From: a virus
DNA: 64,000 bases
Virus record (IMG/VR): IMGVR_UViG_3300034272_001701
Span: 48,473-112,472 of that record
Reading direction: 5' to 3' (one strand)
In this document: in pieces, positions 39,401 to 50,600 of the stretch
Position numbering within the stretch: position 1 is the stretch's first letter
Layout: every line of letters starts with the position of its first letter
Notes under the pieces: model-generated
The model's input: only the letters and a program-made list of their open reading frames with translations
The model's database searches: none
Told to the model about the DNA's origin: nothing
Position numbers and translations under genes: made by a program

Positions 39401-42400
39401 TATACCAATCGGTGCCTTCTCTTAACACATTGTTATTGAACAATACTCTATAGACATCGTTAAAATTGTCCGGAGCGGTAAAGGTACCCGAAAATCCATC
39501 AGTTGTGAATTCTGTTATAGTCCTATGATAAACATAAACTATTCCCTCGTTCGCCACACCATTCAATGATTTTGTGTTTGCGCCTATTGCGATTGTGGAA
39601 CTATCTCTATTGGTGGAAATTGCACATCCAAAATTTGTTTCCGACTCTCCAGTTATTGTCTCTATTAATTTGTAGTAAGATGATCTTCTCAGTACATCAA
39701 ATCTTTCAAAATTAGTAGGAGCTGTTCCAAAAGTTAAATTTGTCACCGATCCTTTGCTAGACACTGTTATGGTAATATTGTTTGCCGGTGATGCACCGCC
39801 TAGACTGGTTCCTGGAATAGTCAGGGTATCTCCGTTGCTATATCCTGATCCGCCATTTATTCTTATTACTGAATAAACACCAGAATTGCTATTAATAACA
39901 GTGAATTTAGCTCCAGAACCTGAACCACCAGTTGCACTGACATTGGTATATGTCAATGTTCCGCCGCCGGTAACTCCAGTGCCTGAGTGTGTAAAAGAAA
40001 TAATGCCATTGGATGCTTGAGTAATAGTGTAATCAACTGTAGGAACATATTCGGCTGATCTTAGTACTGCAAACACTACAATGTCTGTTGGATCGTCTAC
40101 AGTAGAAGACAAAGTAAATGCAGTGGCAGAACCATCACCTTCAAATGATTGTGTATCTTCTGCTCGGGTCTTCAATGCATAACAAAATACTTTATCGGCG
40201 CCCGGGGATCCTATATAAAGATAAACCCCATCTCTACTCATTGCCAACGATTCACCAAATTTGTAGTTTGCTGAACCAGATGGATCTGTTAATAATTGTA
40301 CTAACACTCCATCCTTGTATACGTAAACATATCCTCTGTTCGTTGCACTGTCAGGTGCGCCTACAGCAAAATAACCTGTGCCGTTTGCCAATGACTTACC
40401 AAACCCGTCTAGATTATTACTATTACCGTACAAAAACGAACTAGGAGCCCAGGAATTAGTTCCAACTCTACCAAAAATAGCAGCTCTTCCTGTACCAGAC
40501 TCTGGAGCTCCTGCATATAGGAAATTGGCATTGTTAGGATCTAAGCTGACAACTTTTCCAAAAAAATCGTTTCCTGATAATTTACTTGCATCTAATTCAA
40601 TTTTTGTTGCAAAATTCCATGGATCAATTTTGTTGTAAACACCCCAATTTTGATTTTCGTCAAGGTTATTCACCCATATTTTATCGTTTGGTATCCACCC
40701 GGCAGTGGGTCTAATAGAGTCTACATCTTTTAAATAATCAATTTTGCTTGATGTTAATTTAAACAATATTCCTATACCAGCAAATGCCTGTGTTTCTTGC
40801 ATTTGCTGAAGATTTTGATACAGACGTACATAAAATCTAGTACTGTCAATTATACTATCAACTTGATAGACGCCATCAAATTGCGGTTCAAAATTTTTGA
40901 TTACCACAAGATCATTAACAGTTAAACCATGATCTCTATCAAAAATAACTTCCACTAGATCGTCAATGTTATATCTAAGGCCAAAAATATACCCATTTAC
41001 CAGACTGGCTCTATAGACATTCCAATTTTTATCAAAGTCTCGTGCTACCCAAATTTTGTATCCTATACCAATGTTATTAACAATAGTTGTTAAAGTTTCA
41101 TAATCACTCAAGTCAAATATTGTTGCATCGATATCATCTAGGTTTACAAATCCAGCAACCGGTAAAGGTTTAAAGGCATTCGGTTCTTCCATGCTGTTAA
41201 CACGGAATATGTTTGCTTGATATTCTCCGGATGATTTAAATATGTTGTTAATATCAATTGCCAGTACGTCTGATTCTTCTTGTACTGTATTATCAATCAA
41301 TTGAAAAGCTGTTGGATTACTACTAAAATCAGATTCGTTTAATTCAAATTCAAAGAATTTATTAATATCAGTGGCGCCATACTCGCCAACACGAACAGCC
41401 CAGTTTTCGTAAAAATTAATATCAGTGTCTAAATTTCCAAAAGTGGCTCCTTGTAATGCATTAAGTGCATTTACTGTGCCTTTTTGTTTAATGAATCCTT
41501 GATAGAATTTACTCTGTGTAGTTGGATCTATACCTAAATTTGTAAAATATTCTCTGTTTCTGAATCCTATTAGTCCGTTACTAAACAGTTGTAAATCTTC
41601 GTTTATTGGCTGATTATCTATATCGTAGAAATTAATACCCTGTTGAGCATTGGTAGCAAAATTATTAATGACTCCAGATTTTAATTCAGAAGAAGGAATC
41701 AGTTGCCAATTATTTGTTTGGAACTGGTCTGATGCAATGACGTTTTGAATTGCAGTATAAAATCTAAATTTGTACTTAACAATAGAACCTTTCAAATAAT
41801 CTTTTCCAGACTCCCATTCGTCAATGACGTCGCTACTGTAAATAAAGCCTGGTAATTCTAAATTACCATTCCAGGTTAAAGTTTTTGCTCCAACTAGTTT
41901 TAATCGATACTGTCTATTACCTAATTCAGGAACATAAATGATGTCGTTAAAAACAGTAATATTGTCTAGTATTAGTAAATGTTCATATTGAACTAGGTCT
42001 AGTTCTGCAAACCCAACAGTTTGATCAGCGTTAGAGATAAAAGTGAATACATTATTATCTCGACTGATAGTAAAATTATTTTTTATAATTGGTTTAAAAT
42101 TAATATCTAACACTCTGCTCGAGTACGGAGTGTTCTTTATTTCGTCAACAACAGATGCACTGTCAAACACCTTTAACTTAGTCGACACTGGACTTAATAC
42201 AATAATACTATTGGTTTTCCATCCTTGCCCGGCCCAATGCAAAAATTCTTTGGCACTAAGAACCCAATCTTTTTGCTCTTGTAGATCGTCTTCTCTATCA
42301 ATAAAAATAAAACCTTGTGCTAATAGATATCTTTGATAGCTGACTAGAAAATCAACTACCTGTTGTTTGGTATTAAATTCAAATCCATAAGGCACAGTGT

Positions 42401-45400
42401 ATTTTGCTTTTTTAAAGTCTTTATAAACCGTTCCTCTTTGATTTCCGGAAGTGATAGTGTATGCGTTATTATTGACTTGACTAGGAATAATAAAGAAATA
42501 AGGATTCGTTAAGTCGTATCCGCTCACTACATAACCGGCTGCACTTTTTTCAACAATAACAGCACTATAGGTAATTTTGTTTACCGGACTACCTTTAAAC
42601 AACTCAATTCTATAATTCTCTTCGGGCACTATAACGCTATCACTAATACTGCTTGGGCTGCTTTGTTCTGCAAGTAATTCAATGAATTTTTTGTCAGTGT
42701 ACCCGGCCATCTTGTATGCCAACTGAACATCTAGCGATGCAAGATTGTCTTTGATCAATATTGATGCATCAGCGATACCTAAATTTTTAACGTAATCTCT
42801 AATCCAGTTTAAATAACCAGAATTTCGTTCTACGGTAGTACCGTTGTTGTAGCCCTGTACCAAGAGAGCCGTAGGTGTGAGATGTTGTCCAGTGCTGGCT
42901 ATTTCAAATTGAGCTGTGACTGGGTTTCTAGTGTAATTTTGAGTGTTTGCTAGCAAAGAAAAATACTTGGCTGGCTTGGCTAAAGCTAGGGCCAGTTGCA
43001 TAGCAAATGCATATTCACTACTTCTGCGCCATGCAGTTTCCACTGGTCCCATATCGCCAACTGCAAAGTTGATATTAGCTTTTCCGCTATCAAAATCAGC
43101 AACAAGTATCTTTTCAGGACTTACTAAATCTCCGTTGTCGTCAACAGGCACATATTGTGCAAGATTAGGGCGTTGATATCTTGAATCAAAACCAGACCGA
43201 CTACCGGCATGAATATATCCAAGACTCAGGTCGCTCCATAATAAACCGTTTCCTCCGGTGTAAGGGGCAGGACCGTATCTGTCATTCCAATAGTCTGGCT
43301 TTTCGCTGAATCCCAACATCTCCCATGGATGAGTATGTGGTCTATCAGTATCATAAAAATAACGATAGATACTGCGCCAAGCTCCGGGTAAAGTCTCTCC
43401 GTTGACTACGTCTCTAAATCTTCTATAGTTCCATGTGAACGGATCTGATGCATTGAAGTTATTGTTGTCTGAATAGTTTAATCTATTAGTTCCTATCCAA
43501 GACAAGAATCCTTGACTTAAAATTTGTGTAAATTCTGTCAATGAATAATCTGTAGGTCTAAATTTGCCTGGTATGTAATCATGTACATTAAAAATGTTCG
43601 TGTCGTATTGAACTTTAATATTATTATAAATTCTACGCTCTAATTCTAATATTAGATTGTCTCTAAAATCATTGAATGCCGGTATAATACTACCATCATG
43701 TCCTTGAATTACATTTATTGGTTCTCTATAGGTATCGTCTACATAAATTTCAGGATAGAATTTTGGATACATTCCCATCTTGGTTGGTGTTTCGGGAACA
43801 AAGCAGCCGTCTGTGGTACTGTATTCAACAATGTCAATTTTATCGCCATATAGTAAACCAAATGAGTCATTGATCGTAATCGCTGGCCGATCCTGTCTGA
43901 AAATAAAATCTCTGTCTTTGATTAATAATGTTTTTGATGTAATGGTATTAATTGTTCTTGTGAGATAAACTAGAACAGCTTTGTTGCTTATAACTTTATC
44001 ATTGAAAATACTTGTAATTTCATAACTTGTAATATCTGGGTCTAACACTGTATATGTAGGAATTACAGTTTTGCCTAGATCTCCATATGGAAACATATCA
44101 CTGTAATACCAAGGAAACGATTCGTTTTTAACGGCATTAATTTGTAGCATAATAGCATCTACGCTGCCTGCAACGTCATCGCGATTTAAATCTAAATTAC
44201 CTGCTAGTTCTAAAAATTTAATCTTGAATTTTGTATATTCTCTATTGGCCAATTTAAGCGCATTTACAAAATTCATTGTAGGATGATTTAAAAATAGCCC
44301 AGAATAAACTACAGGAGCACTGTGCTGTAGAACACTTCCCCCTTTATTCATATATTGAATATCTCTTAGATTACTGTTTCCAGGAACCTTACCAATGATA
44401 TCTAAACTATTGTTTTTTAGCGTAATCAAATGATTACGCATTTGCCCTAGTGTTAATGTTTCAAGATTGGTATTTAAACTATTCACATCAAGATTAAGAG
44501 GTACTTCGTAATATGCATTTGGTGAAACTAAATCTTTATTAAAGATGCTAACAAAAATAACATCATCTTTAACAATTAAATCAGGATTGACTAGCACTGC
44601 AAATTGATCAACTACACGAGTTACTGCAAAATTTCCTATGTCCAAGATCGCGTTGTTTACTGTAACTTTTATGTTTGGATTAATAATACTGGTATCAGGT
44701 ATATTATCAATTGGAAATAGGTTGGTTTCGCCATCGTATGTGAATTGATAATTTTGATATTGATGGCTAAAGTCTCTATTAATAGTCCAAATGTTCTGTC
44801 TTTGACAAGTTGATACGCTAACATTTTTTTGTAAATATCCTGCATTTACTGTCACTGTTTCTATACCACCGCCACCAATGAGATAATCAAATGTTTGAGT
44901 ATCATAATCATTTGTGAACTGAATATCTCCTTGACTTACAAAGTTTTTATAACTTAGCGGAAACCCAATGACAGGATCATTGTTGCCAGTTCCTCTTTTG
45001 TAAGAAAATATTTTTGTTCCTTGAAATGTTGTACCAGGATAAACAGAGCTGTCAGAAAAACTTATACCGTCATCGTTAATTAAATCAAATAATGGTTCTT
45101 GATTATTACCGGTTTTTTCTTGAGACGCGGCCCACGACGTTCCATTATAATACCAATGTTTTCCGCCATTTGATCCCGACAGAACAAGAACTGTATTTCC
45201 TGCCACCACAGTTGCATCTTCTGCTTCTTGGATAAAAGCTTTATACACCAATGGATCAGGCGCTTCAGTGGTTGTTTCTATAGAAAATTTATAAATTTTA
45301 TTTCTTACATCATTATTAATGTCATTGGAAAAAATAACCCTATCGCCTGTAGTAAGAGTCAAATCGCCCACTGTGAATGTTTTTTCATCAACACAAACTA

Positions 45401-47603
45401 ATCCTTGTATCTGTGTAAAAGCATTTGTAATTGTTGTGTCAAGAATATCTATAGGTTGTTTGGCTTCAGCACCAAATTTGTATAGTTGCAAGCTGGCATC
45501 AAATTCAATTACTGGTCTGCTTGCTCTTAAATTTTGATTAAAAATTGCGTCTGTACCGTTGTAGTCTGCAGTTTTTTGAATTACATCCATATGGAACCAA
45601 CGGTTCGCTCTTGACCAAGGATTTCTATCTATACTAGATCTTTTAATGGTCATGTAATCTTGTACTGCAGGTTGCAGATAGGCATTAATTAATGCATTTG
45701 TGCCGGATCCGCCAATTAGTGCAACAGGATTGGTTGGTAAAGTAGAATAATTACCCCTGTCTTTGATTTTAAAAGCACCAATTGGTCCAGAGGTTGGGGC
45801 TCCAATAGTTACTGCCGGCGTAGCAAAATATCCACTGCCAGCCGAATCAATAATGATATTGGTAACAACGCCATTGGCAATTACCGCATGAGCAAATGCA
45901 CTTGTTCCACCAACAGGAGCTGATTCTATTGTCACAGTAGGAGCACTTGTATATCCTGATCCGCTGTGTGTAATATTGATTGAAGTCAATACTCCACTGA
46001 TTGTATTAATACTTGCCTCAACGGTTGCAGTATCTTCCACAATGTCTGTTACCACTGCCGTTGCAACTGCTGTGCCTACACCACCCTCGAATGTAAGTCG
46101 ATCTCCTACTACATAATTTTGTCCTGGTTCAACAATTGTGCTTGTATTAATAGCCTCAATCGAAGTTAATTCTGATTCAGCAACCAGAGTAATAGATTCG
46201 CCCACGCCTTCTACATAAAAGTTTTTATTTCTCCATACTTCAGGAGCACTAGCGTCAAACCTTACTTTTAATCCATTAGTAAAACTGACTCCGTTTGGGC
46301 TGATATAATTAATTTGTCCTAAAATTTCTACATCTGGGTCAATGGTACTGCTAGTGGGTTCAATTAATCGTATGCCGCCAATTGCATCATTATCCTCTCC
46401 ACTTTGATAAAATAAGTTATCCAATGGAGCTGTAATATAAGGTACCAATGTCAGTAAATTTAATCTAGAATAAAACTCTCTACCAGCATATTCTTGACCT
46501 GCTTTAATTCTTACTTTGTGTTCATTGGAAATTGGAAATTTTGGAAATAAAATGATACGCTCTTCGTCATTTTCATCTCTTTCAATTTTTATTGTAAAAA
46601 TACTTGTTCTTTGCTCAAAAGGAATTAAACTATTCTGATCAAAATAAGCAACACCGTCCTCTACTCTAGACGTATCAACCCAATACGCATCATCTATAAA
46701 TGCAGGATTTACAAAAACAACAGATGCGTTTTCTAAATATCTTACCGTGCCATCAATACCACCTAAATTTTCATTTAATTCTTGAGGTTTAGCTCCCAAG
46801 ATTTGATTAAACGATAAATTGGTTGCATAATCTACATCATCAACAATAGGCATCGATGTCCAACGATTTTGAGCATTGTTGGCTGGTACTGTAAATCTAA
46901 CAGTGCCAACTGATTGACCGTTGTTGGAAACACCAAAAACTTGTCTAATATCTAAATTTGGAGAATCTGTATCAATGCCGTTTACGCCTGGTTTGTATTG
47001 AATATAAAATTCATTTCCAGGTTCGTTGATGATAAAATCGTAAACTCCTCCTCTTGACAATGTAATTGTGGGATTGGGAGTTTTTCCGTATCCACTGAAT
47101 TCGTATGTTCCTGACGTGGGGTTATATATTACATTGAAGCTATCTTCTAGGGGAGTACCTACTGCAGAAATTACTACAGGATCAGGACCATTATCCAACC
47201 AATAATATTGGCTAAAATTAACAAACTTGTCTAGATCCATTCTAGGATTATAGGTATAATATTCATTGTCAAACAATCGACTGTGATTGTTTGTTAGTCC
47301 TCCATAATACCTAATTTTATTAATTATGTCTGCATAAGTGGTTGCAAATTCAACTTCGTTTGTAACATCATTTTTTAAAACCAAGGATGGTTCAAGTTGA
47401 TAGTTTTGTCTATCTTTTGTGCCTTCTTCAATATAGCTGTCGGCTGTTTTATATGATGGAGCTAATTTTCTTCCAATGTACCCGTTAATTTTTTTGAGCG
47501 ATGGCTCACTAATCAATTGGTCAAGGGTTGCATTGAGAAATTTTTTATTTGTTTCTGTTTGAAAAATTTCTGGTAGAAACTGATGTGTCTTAATAACGGC
47601 CAT
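33444..47603 (-). CDS. Giant (4719 aa) baseplate/virion structural protein (gp7-like position)
   Basis: N-terminal FLPEIFQT..NKKFL, several G.GY...P.V.I repeats, FG-GAP-like propeller repeats (FG..++....+GAP), a five-repeat YxLSTxW propeller, and CBM-like W.....Y..G modules; follows the gp6-like gene. Confidence 0.7.
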   Translation of the reverse strand: MAVIKTHQFLPEIFQTETNKKFLNATLDQLISEPSLKKINGYIGRKLAPSYKTADSYIEEGTKDRQNYQLEPSLVLKNDVTNEVEFATTYADIINKIRYYGGLTNNHSRLFDNEYYTYNPRMDLDKFVNFSQYYWLDNGPDPVVISAVGTPLEDSFNVIYNPTSGTYEFSGYGKTPNPTITLSRGGVYDFIINEPGNEFYIQYKPGVNGIDTDSPNLDIRQVFGVSNNGQSVGTVRFTVPANNAQNRWTSMPIVDDVDYATNLSFNQILGAKPQELNENLGGIDGTVRYLENASVVFVNPAFIDDAYWVDTSRVEDGVAYFDQNSLIPFEQRTSIFTIKIERDENDEERIILFPKFPISNEHKVRIKAGQEYAGREFYSRLNLLTLVPYITAPLDNLFYQSGEDNDAIGGIRLIEPTSSTIDPDVEILGQINYISPNGVSFTNGLKVRFDASAPEVWRNKNFYVEGVGESITLVAESELTSIEAINTSTIVEPGQNYVVGDRLTFEGGVGTAVATAVVTDIVEDTATVEASINTISGVLTSINITHSGSGYTSAPTVTIESAPVGGTSAFAHAVIANGVVTNIIIDSAGSGYFATPAVTIGAPTSGPIGAFKIKDRGNYSTLPTNPVALIGGSGTNALINAYLQPAVQDYMTIKRSSIDRNPWSRANRWFHMDVIQKTADYNGTDAIFNQNLRASRPVIEFDASLQLYKFGAEAKQPIDILDTTITNAFTQIQGLVCVDEKTFTVGDLTLTTGDRVIFSNDINNDVRNKIYKFSIETTTEAPDPLVYKAFIQEAEDATVVAGNTVLVLSGSNGGKHWYYNGTSWAASQEKTGNNQEPLFDLINDDGISFSDSSVYPGTTFQGTKIFSYKRGTGNNDPVIGFPLSYKNFVSQGDIQFTNDYDTQTFDYLIGGGGIETVTVNAGYLQKNVSVSTCQRQNIWTINRDFSHQYQNYQFTYDGETNLFPIDNIPDTSIINPNIKVTVNNAILDIGNFAVTRVVDQFAVLVNPDLIVKDDVIFVSIFNKDLVSPNAYYEVPLNLDVNSLNTNLETLTLGQMRNHLITLKNNSLDIIGKVPGNSNLRDIQYMNKGGSVLQHSAPVVYSGLFLNHPTMNFVNALKLANREYTKFKIKFLELAGNLDLNRDDVAGSVDAIMLQINAVKNESFPWYYSDMFPYGDLGKTVIPTYTVLDPDITSYEITSIFNDKVISNKAVLVYLTRTINTITSKTLLIKDRDFIFRQDRPAITINDSFGLLYGDKIDIVEYSTTDGCFVPETPTKMGMYPKFYPEIYVDDTYREPINVIQGHDGSIIPAFNDFRDNLILELERRIYNNIKVQYDTNIFNVHDYIPGKFRPTDYSLTEFTQILSQGFLSWIGTNRLNYSDNNNFNASDPFTWNYRRFRDVVNGETLPGAWRSIYRYFYDTDRPHTHPWEMLGFSEKPDYWNDRYGPAPYTGGNGLLWSDLSLGYIHAGSRSGFDSRYQRPNLAQYVPVDDNGDLVSPEKILVADFDSGKANINFAVGDMGPVETAWRRSSEYAFAMQLALALAKPAKYFSLLANTQNYTRNPVTAQFEIASTGQHLTPTALLVQGYNNGTTVERNSGYLNWIRDYVKNLGIADASILIKDNLASLDVQLAYKMAGYTDKKFIELLAEQSSPSSISDSVIVPEENYRIELFKGSPVNKITYSAVIVEKSAAGYVVSGYDLTNPYFFIIPSQVNNNAYTITSGNQRGTVYKDFKKAKYTVPYGFEFNTKQQVVDFLVSYQRYLLAQGFIFIDREDDLQEQKDWVLSAKEFLHWAGQGWKTNSIIVLSPVSTKLKVFDSASVVDEIKNTPYSSRVLDINFKPIIKNNFTISRDNNVFTFISNADQTVGFAELDLVQYEHLLILDNITVFNDIIYVPELGNRQYRLKLVGAKTLTWNGNLELPGFIYSSDVIDEWESGKDYLKGSIVKYKFRFYTAIQNVIASDQFQTNNWQLIPSSELKSGVINNFATNAQQGINFYDIDNQPINEDLQLFSNGLIGFRNREYFTNLGIDPTTQSKFYQGFIKQKGTVNALNALQGATFGNLDTDINFYENWAVRVGEYGATDINKFFEFELNESDFSSNPTAFQLIDNTVQEESDVLAIDINNIFKSSGEYQANIFRVNSMEEPNAFKPLPVAGFVNLDDIDATIFDLSDYETLTTIVNNIGIGYKIWVARDFDKNWNVYRASLVNGYIFGLRYNIDDLVEVIFDRDHGLTVNDLVVIKNFEPQFDGVYQVDSIIDSTRFYVRLYQNLQQMQETQAFAGIGILFKLTSSKIDYLKDVDSIRPTAGWIPNDKIWVNNLDENQNWGVYNKIDPWNFATKIELDASKLSGNDFFGKVVSLDPNNANFLYAGAPESGTGRAAIFGRVGTNSWAPSSFLYGNSNNLDGFGKSLANGTGYFAVGAPDSATNRGYVYVYKDGVLVQLLTDPSGSANYKFGESLAMSRDGVYLYIGSPGADKVFCYALKTRAEDTQSFEGDGSATAFTLSSTVDDPTDIVVFAVLRSAEYVPTVDYTITQASNGIISFTHSGTGVTGGGTLTYTNVSATGGSGSGAKFTVINSNSGVYSVIRINGGSGYSNGDTLTIPGTSLGGASPANNITITVSSKGSVTNLTFGTAPTNFERFDVLRRSSYYKLIETITGESETNFGCAISTNRDSSTIAIGANTKSLNGVANEGIVYVYHRTITEFTTDGFSGTFTAPDNFNDVYRVLFNNNVLREGTDWYRPGGTLNVVQFPGFSTPTAGQRVRVETNQFILNQTLNASDIGITGQKFGSILALCGTGCNLYISSPYYAEVNYATGLITRYVNVGRVYGQITGSVSNPTVTAGHTLVINDRNIQFSGTTLTSVVNSINNANIPGVSAEIYQNKLRINSDVVVANDKLDIKPGSVGTAFSDLGIQIYKKTQTIKHPNNIGERFGTSLGLSQSYGVIGVGSEGADIDIPISFDQLVSLTTFDSNSTLFVDRVKDSGAVYMYDLLENPFESVDNPSTFAFTQKLVGPDLETGFNFGSSVSLVDGTMAVGVSNDFSIVPGGGSIYTYYNQNNKAGWELIRYKDSQVDPKSLNSAFIYNKKNQTIINFFDTYDPAKGKILGIVDQELDYKEEYDPASYNTVSRSDGILNTTFYWSNRHVGRTWWDTSRASFIEYEQGPLQYRVKNWGNLFPGSQVKIYEWVESNFLPSQYTANGGNGTPKYPDNSAYTSVNIVDPATGIISQKYYYWVGGKTSVDSIKAKRTLSVSSLESYISNPKDQNIPYIAAIATNSAALYNVSNLLTSKDIVLHIETCDINNSNIIHNEYQLIQQGNPSQVLPARIINKLKESYRGFDEAGKLVPDPKLNAENQLGLLIRPRQGIFVNRISALQSYVQNLNEIFVQYPVLLISNASELYSEEAPPVNFDDQVASFAELSYLDMDTFADGYTILIPIDSRYSGRWTYYRFNGITKEFDLQAIQSYKTDLWWTPKDWYSSEYVEGTDISQVVFNYGAIQTFDLVADQYIQILDDGAGNWQIYRVESDLSLTLIAAQNATLTLSDRLYKTLWGAGFDTTVFDIIDFDPTAGIEIGKIFDSVYQELLINSLAGEFNKTFFSIVNYIFSEQKNPDWIFKTSFIDVYHNLRTLEQIPNYIRDNQSFYNEYINEAKPYRTAVREYVPLYSKIDIATGSWTDFDVPGRYYTTESIYKSPDINSPTDAEYFNLPIYSAYAENYKYKITDYIIGNAGINYTTAPNVEIIGGGGNGASAITTINPATGKLTGIYVINPGSGYTSTPTVFINGVGSGATAYPILHNEYNTNGSYNTVRDITTTLKFDRITYSSNIVQWQPNTAYRQTIIVDGNKANAWNLDRMEFNETNNSLGDQDADITEVFFDDTGTKMYIAGNDSNRIYQYTLSTAWDATTASNVGAVSVAAQDTNVQGLYFRDDGVKMYIVGTTNDNVYEYRLATPWMVNTASNVSAKSISSQESSPRAIEFSKDGINMYVLGTLNDRVYQYTLSTPWQVETASYAGKNISVTAQDNFPTALRFKPDGTKFYIVGQQNDTLFEYTLSTNWDISTATFSNSYRLNTSTATGLYFKYDGTGMYVSDSSTNSVQNYIFNSVGIVPIESNVYITSGNIIYYNNVAYIATNANVSSQSVFDFSRYTKINDGNVLLSAADRITSYYFAEVGRPGKDFGQLMFGTEYPGNKVEGKNFLANSYAITSNVIGFNYTGMRITSANIQQVDFAKGGFDLNDTLRIQGQYDFPFKNNADFRIISIDHSEMMLAGPPIETLYTITLNSNVSLQAGDYITQANTRANAFVLHDYPSANVIQIIHSITGFTVSANTISINGVPQSARISEIIAGGTANVKITNLTIDTLLDSNIASFYKDTALGTRPEDINIVGGAYVDGYSSHAPEELIPGRVFDALELRVFTNNASNTATYGFREFQPMRGNIEFYRISGNATTTLSANLNITDTDVYVTDASLLPDPGAAVGIPGEVFINGELIHYYQKYDAAKILTADPWTPNTVFAPDHLIAHSGNTYLVLANVYANSTAYISSSNVRQVFVNTLSQLRRGVDGTGAANLHPTGTKVVDSSLVQVLPNTAPKFTTLTGSFNVAANVTWRIQLGAPITANVGSYITQNSNTANVKLLETVSSSNTVAVQFVSGNLTIGSDTVAIFNPGSSTWQTTAANVRAMRILGEVNSSGNVVLTSDTILQSNLWIPLGTGVGLEGSTSEAAQFIRQEVSYTP
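35340..36030 (-). repeat. Five ~50-aa beta-propeller-type repeats inside the giant protein
   Basis: Consensus (G)L.F..DGTKMYIVG..ND.VY(E/Q)YTLST.W...TA; the fifth copy is truncated. Confidence 0.8.
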
Positions 47604-47614
47604 TTGTTTTCCTA

Positions 47615-50600
47615 TTATGCTATATTAAGTTGTCCTGCTGTAATTGCGCTGATAATTTGAACATTATCTACTGTAGCTGCACTTACTAAAATTTCATTTG
47701 CTTCTGCATTTATTTGATACAATGTTCCAAAACTAGCTAACTCGGCTGCAGGCACAATGACCACACTGCTTACGTTAGGAGTCAGAGCTGAATGTAAATA
47801 TGCACTCAATTCACTGAAATAAAATGTTTCGCCAAATTCCCAATTGGAAATATCAAAGTATGTATTAATTGCTGCAATAACTTGACTCTTAACATCATTA
47901 TCACTGATATTTACGTTTGGATTTTTAACTACTTTAAATGTAGCACGTAAAGAATCTACGGCCTTATTACCAAACAAAGGTTTAAACGTAGCCGGATTGT
48001 AAATTATACTGTCACTAATTGTTTTAAAGTTTTCAATAGATCCAAACTCTGTTCTTAATTCGTCGCTGGTTGGTGCCACCGGCTCTTGCACTCTATTTGT
48101 TGGGTCGGTTACGTAAGCATAATATTGATCGCTGTAGCTTCTAGTTAGAATATAAAAATCTATTAGATTGTTCGGACTTGGGTCTATTCTTCTACTGTTA
48201 GGTGCATTGTGTGTATACTGAAACATAAGATTTTGACGTCCTGTTTTTGCGATATAATCAGACAACAAAATCAATGCTGTTCCAGTAGATCTAAAAAATT
48301 TATTTTCTGTATAAGCGTAAAAAATAGTATCGTCGGTATACAAAGTTATGTTGTTAATAATTTCAGTCTCTGTACCGTAGGCCGAGACTATAGTTTCTTG
48401 ATCAACTGGATCATACTTGACAAAGTTAAACTGATCAATTGCTTGTACAAAATACACAAATTTATTTTGAGGATTGACAGATGGTGCCACTAAAGTATTG
48501 AATAAATCAGGATCATCTGGAACTTCGTCAAGATTATCATCTGGAAAAGTTACATAAATTTTCCTATTATCCTCAAATCCATCCGATTCAACAACTCTAT
48601 TCCACACTCGATAAATTTGACTGTAAAACAAACTGGATGTAGAGTCAGGTAAAGTATTTGTGCGTAATATTTTTATTGCGTCTAGTCTTGTAGTTGCGGT
48701 TTTGCTATCATACACCTTGACATCTGGGTCATAATAAAATCTTGTTTCTCTTTCGCTTTCAAAATAATAATTTACACCTCTACTGGTTACTGTATACTCT
48801 TGATTGGCGAACACAAATTTTAAAAACCAGCTATTGTCTAATCCTGTACCTGATGTATTCCCGGCGTTTGTAAGATTAAAAGATCCTGATCCAAGATTTG
48901 CTTCGTCAATGGTAGTCCATATCTTATTGACTATATCGTATCTTACTCCAAAAGTTTTATAACTTAATATGTTGTTGATTACTGTTGATGTAAGTGAAGC
49001 AGACCAGGAATTGGCAAAAACAGGAATAACTTCGTCAATTTCTGCCCCTGTTGGTAAATCAATGCTCAATGTAGCATTGCCCACGCCCGGGGTTGGGTAA
49101 GAAATAATACTTGCCCATAAAGAAGTTCGTTCGTATTCGGTAATTGGAGTCCCGGTCTTGAGTTTATTTTGAGCATCAAAGTATTGTCCGGTTGGAGCAG
49201 TAAATTTAACCAAGGCCCCTTGTGTGAGGTAGATATAGCTTGTAGAATCAAAGGTGCCTGTGCTTCTACCTCCGTTAGATGAAACTTTTGTCCAACTGCC
49301 TGTTGGTGAATATCTTGTTGCAGTCTGATAATACAAATGTCTTGTAGGTATTTTAGCAATCAATGGTAATATTAAATTTTGTAAAATATAATTGACTTCA
49401 CTGCTGCTGGTAAACTGAAACGTTTCTATTTCTGACGTTTCTTCGCTGTAAATAATTCCATCTTCTGCAAAAATATTTGTGCTTGAATATTTTCCAGTTG
49501 CATCAACTACATCTAAAAATCTACTAACACCTGAACTTGATCTATTGACTGCTTTAATTTTTAATATATTACTAAAAGTAGTAAACGGCAACACATTATA
49601 ATCTTCACCGGTTACCATTCTATTCTGTGTATAGTACTGTTGAGGTGCTTTGGTTCTAATGTCTTCTAGTGTTTCTCTGGCTGTGGCGTTAGTAACGGTG
49701 TATTGTAAACTTGCGCGAATAGTTAAATTTTCTGCACGCCCGGTTCGGCCACGATAAGGAATAGATACTGTTACAGCACTCATTTCCTCAGGTGTAATTT
49801 TGTAAGTTTGATTATTACTGACTCTGTAGTACAATCTAAAATTACCCGTCGGGATATTAGTAAATGATCCATCCCCAAACACTAAATCAATTTGATCGTT
49901 TGCTCTGGAACTTACGCTGTACAAATTTCTATCAGCAGTGTTATTATAAATTACATTAATACCGTTGACAGCAGGAACTTGTGTCCATAATGTAGTAGGA
50001 GTTCCGGCTGAATTTAGCGAATATAACCAGATATCAGTATTGTTGATATTATCAAAATTGACGTTTACGATTCTATTAGGAAGACTTTCAGTTATAGTAA
50101 AATCAAGATTTTTTAGTTCGCCTTGTTTGAAAAAGAAAAAATATCCAGTATTATTAGATCCATTACCTTGATTGTCGTTCCTATATAGGAAATTAAACGC
50201 TCCACTAGGGGCAGGATCTTTTTCGTATATGTAGGATTGATCAGCCGATGTTGGACTAACAATTTCAAAAGGATAAGTTACTCCTGCTACACTTGCTGTA
50301 TAAGGTTGCACAGGAATCAAGCCATTGAGCAAATCAATTGCATATTCATCGGTGTTTACTCCACTCAATGACTTTGATGCTCCTGGTTTTCCGATCGCTT
50401 GTGTACTAACCAATGCTGCATTGAGTATGGTAGTAAACTGTTCTAGCCAGTTTTCGTTGGTACTGTCGTTCCAGTTTACTAGTTGATTGCTTAAATTAGT
50501 TCCTGAACTATCATAAACAATTTCAGTGGTACTGATATTCTGAAATTTAAGGTACCCAGATGATGGTATACTACGTTTTGGATTATAACTGATTAATTTT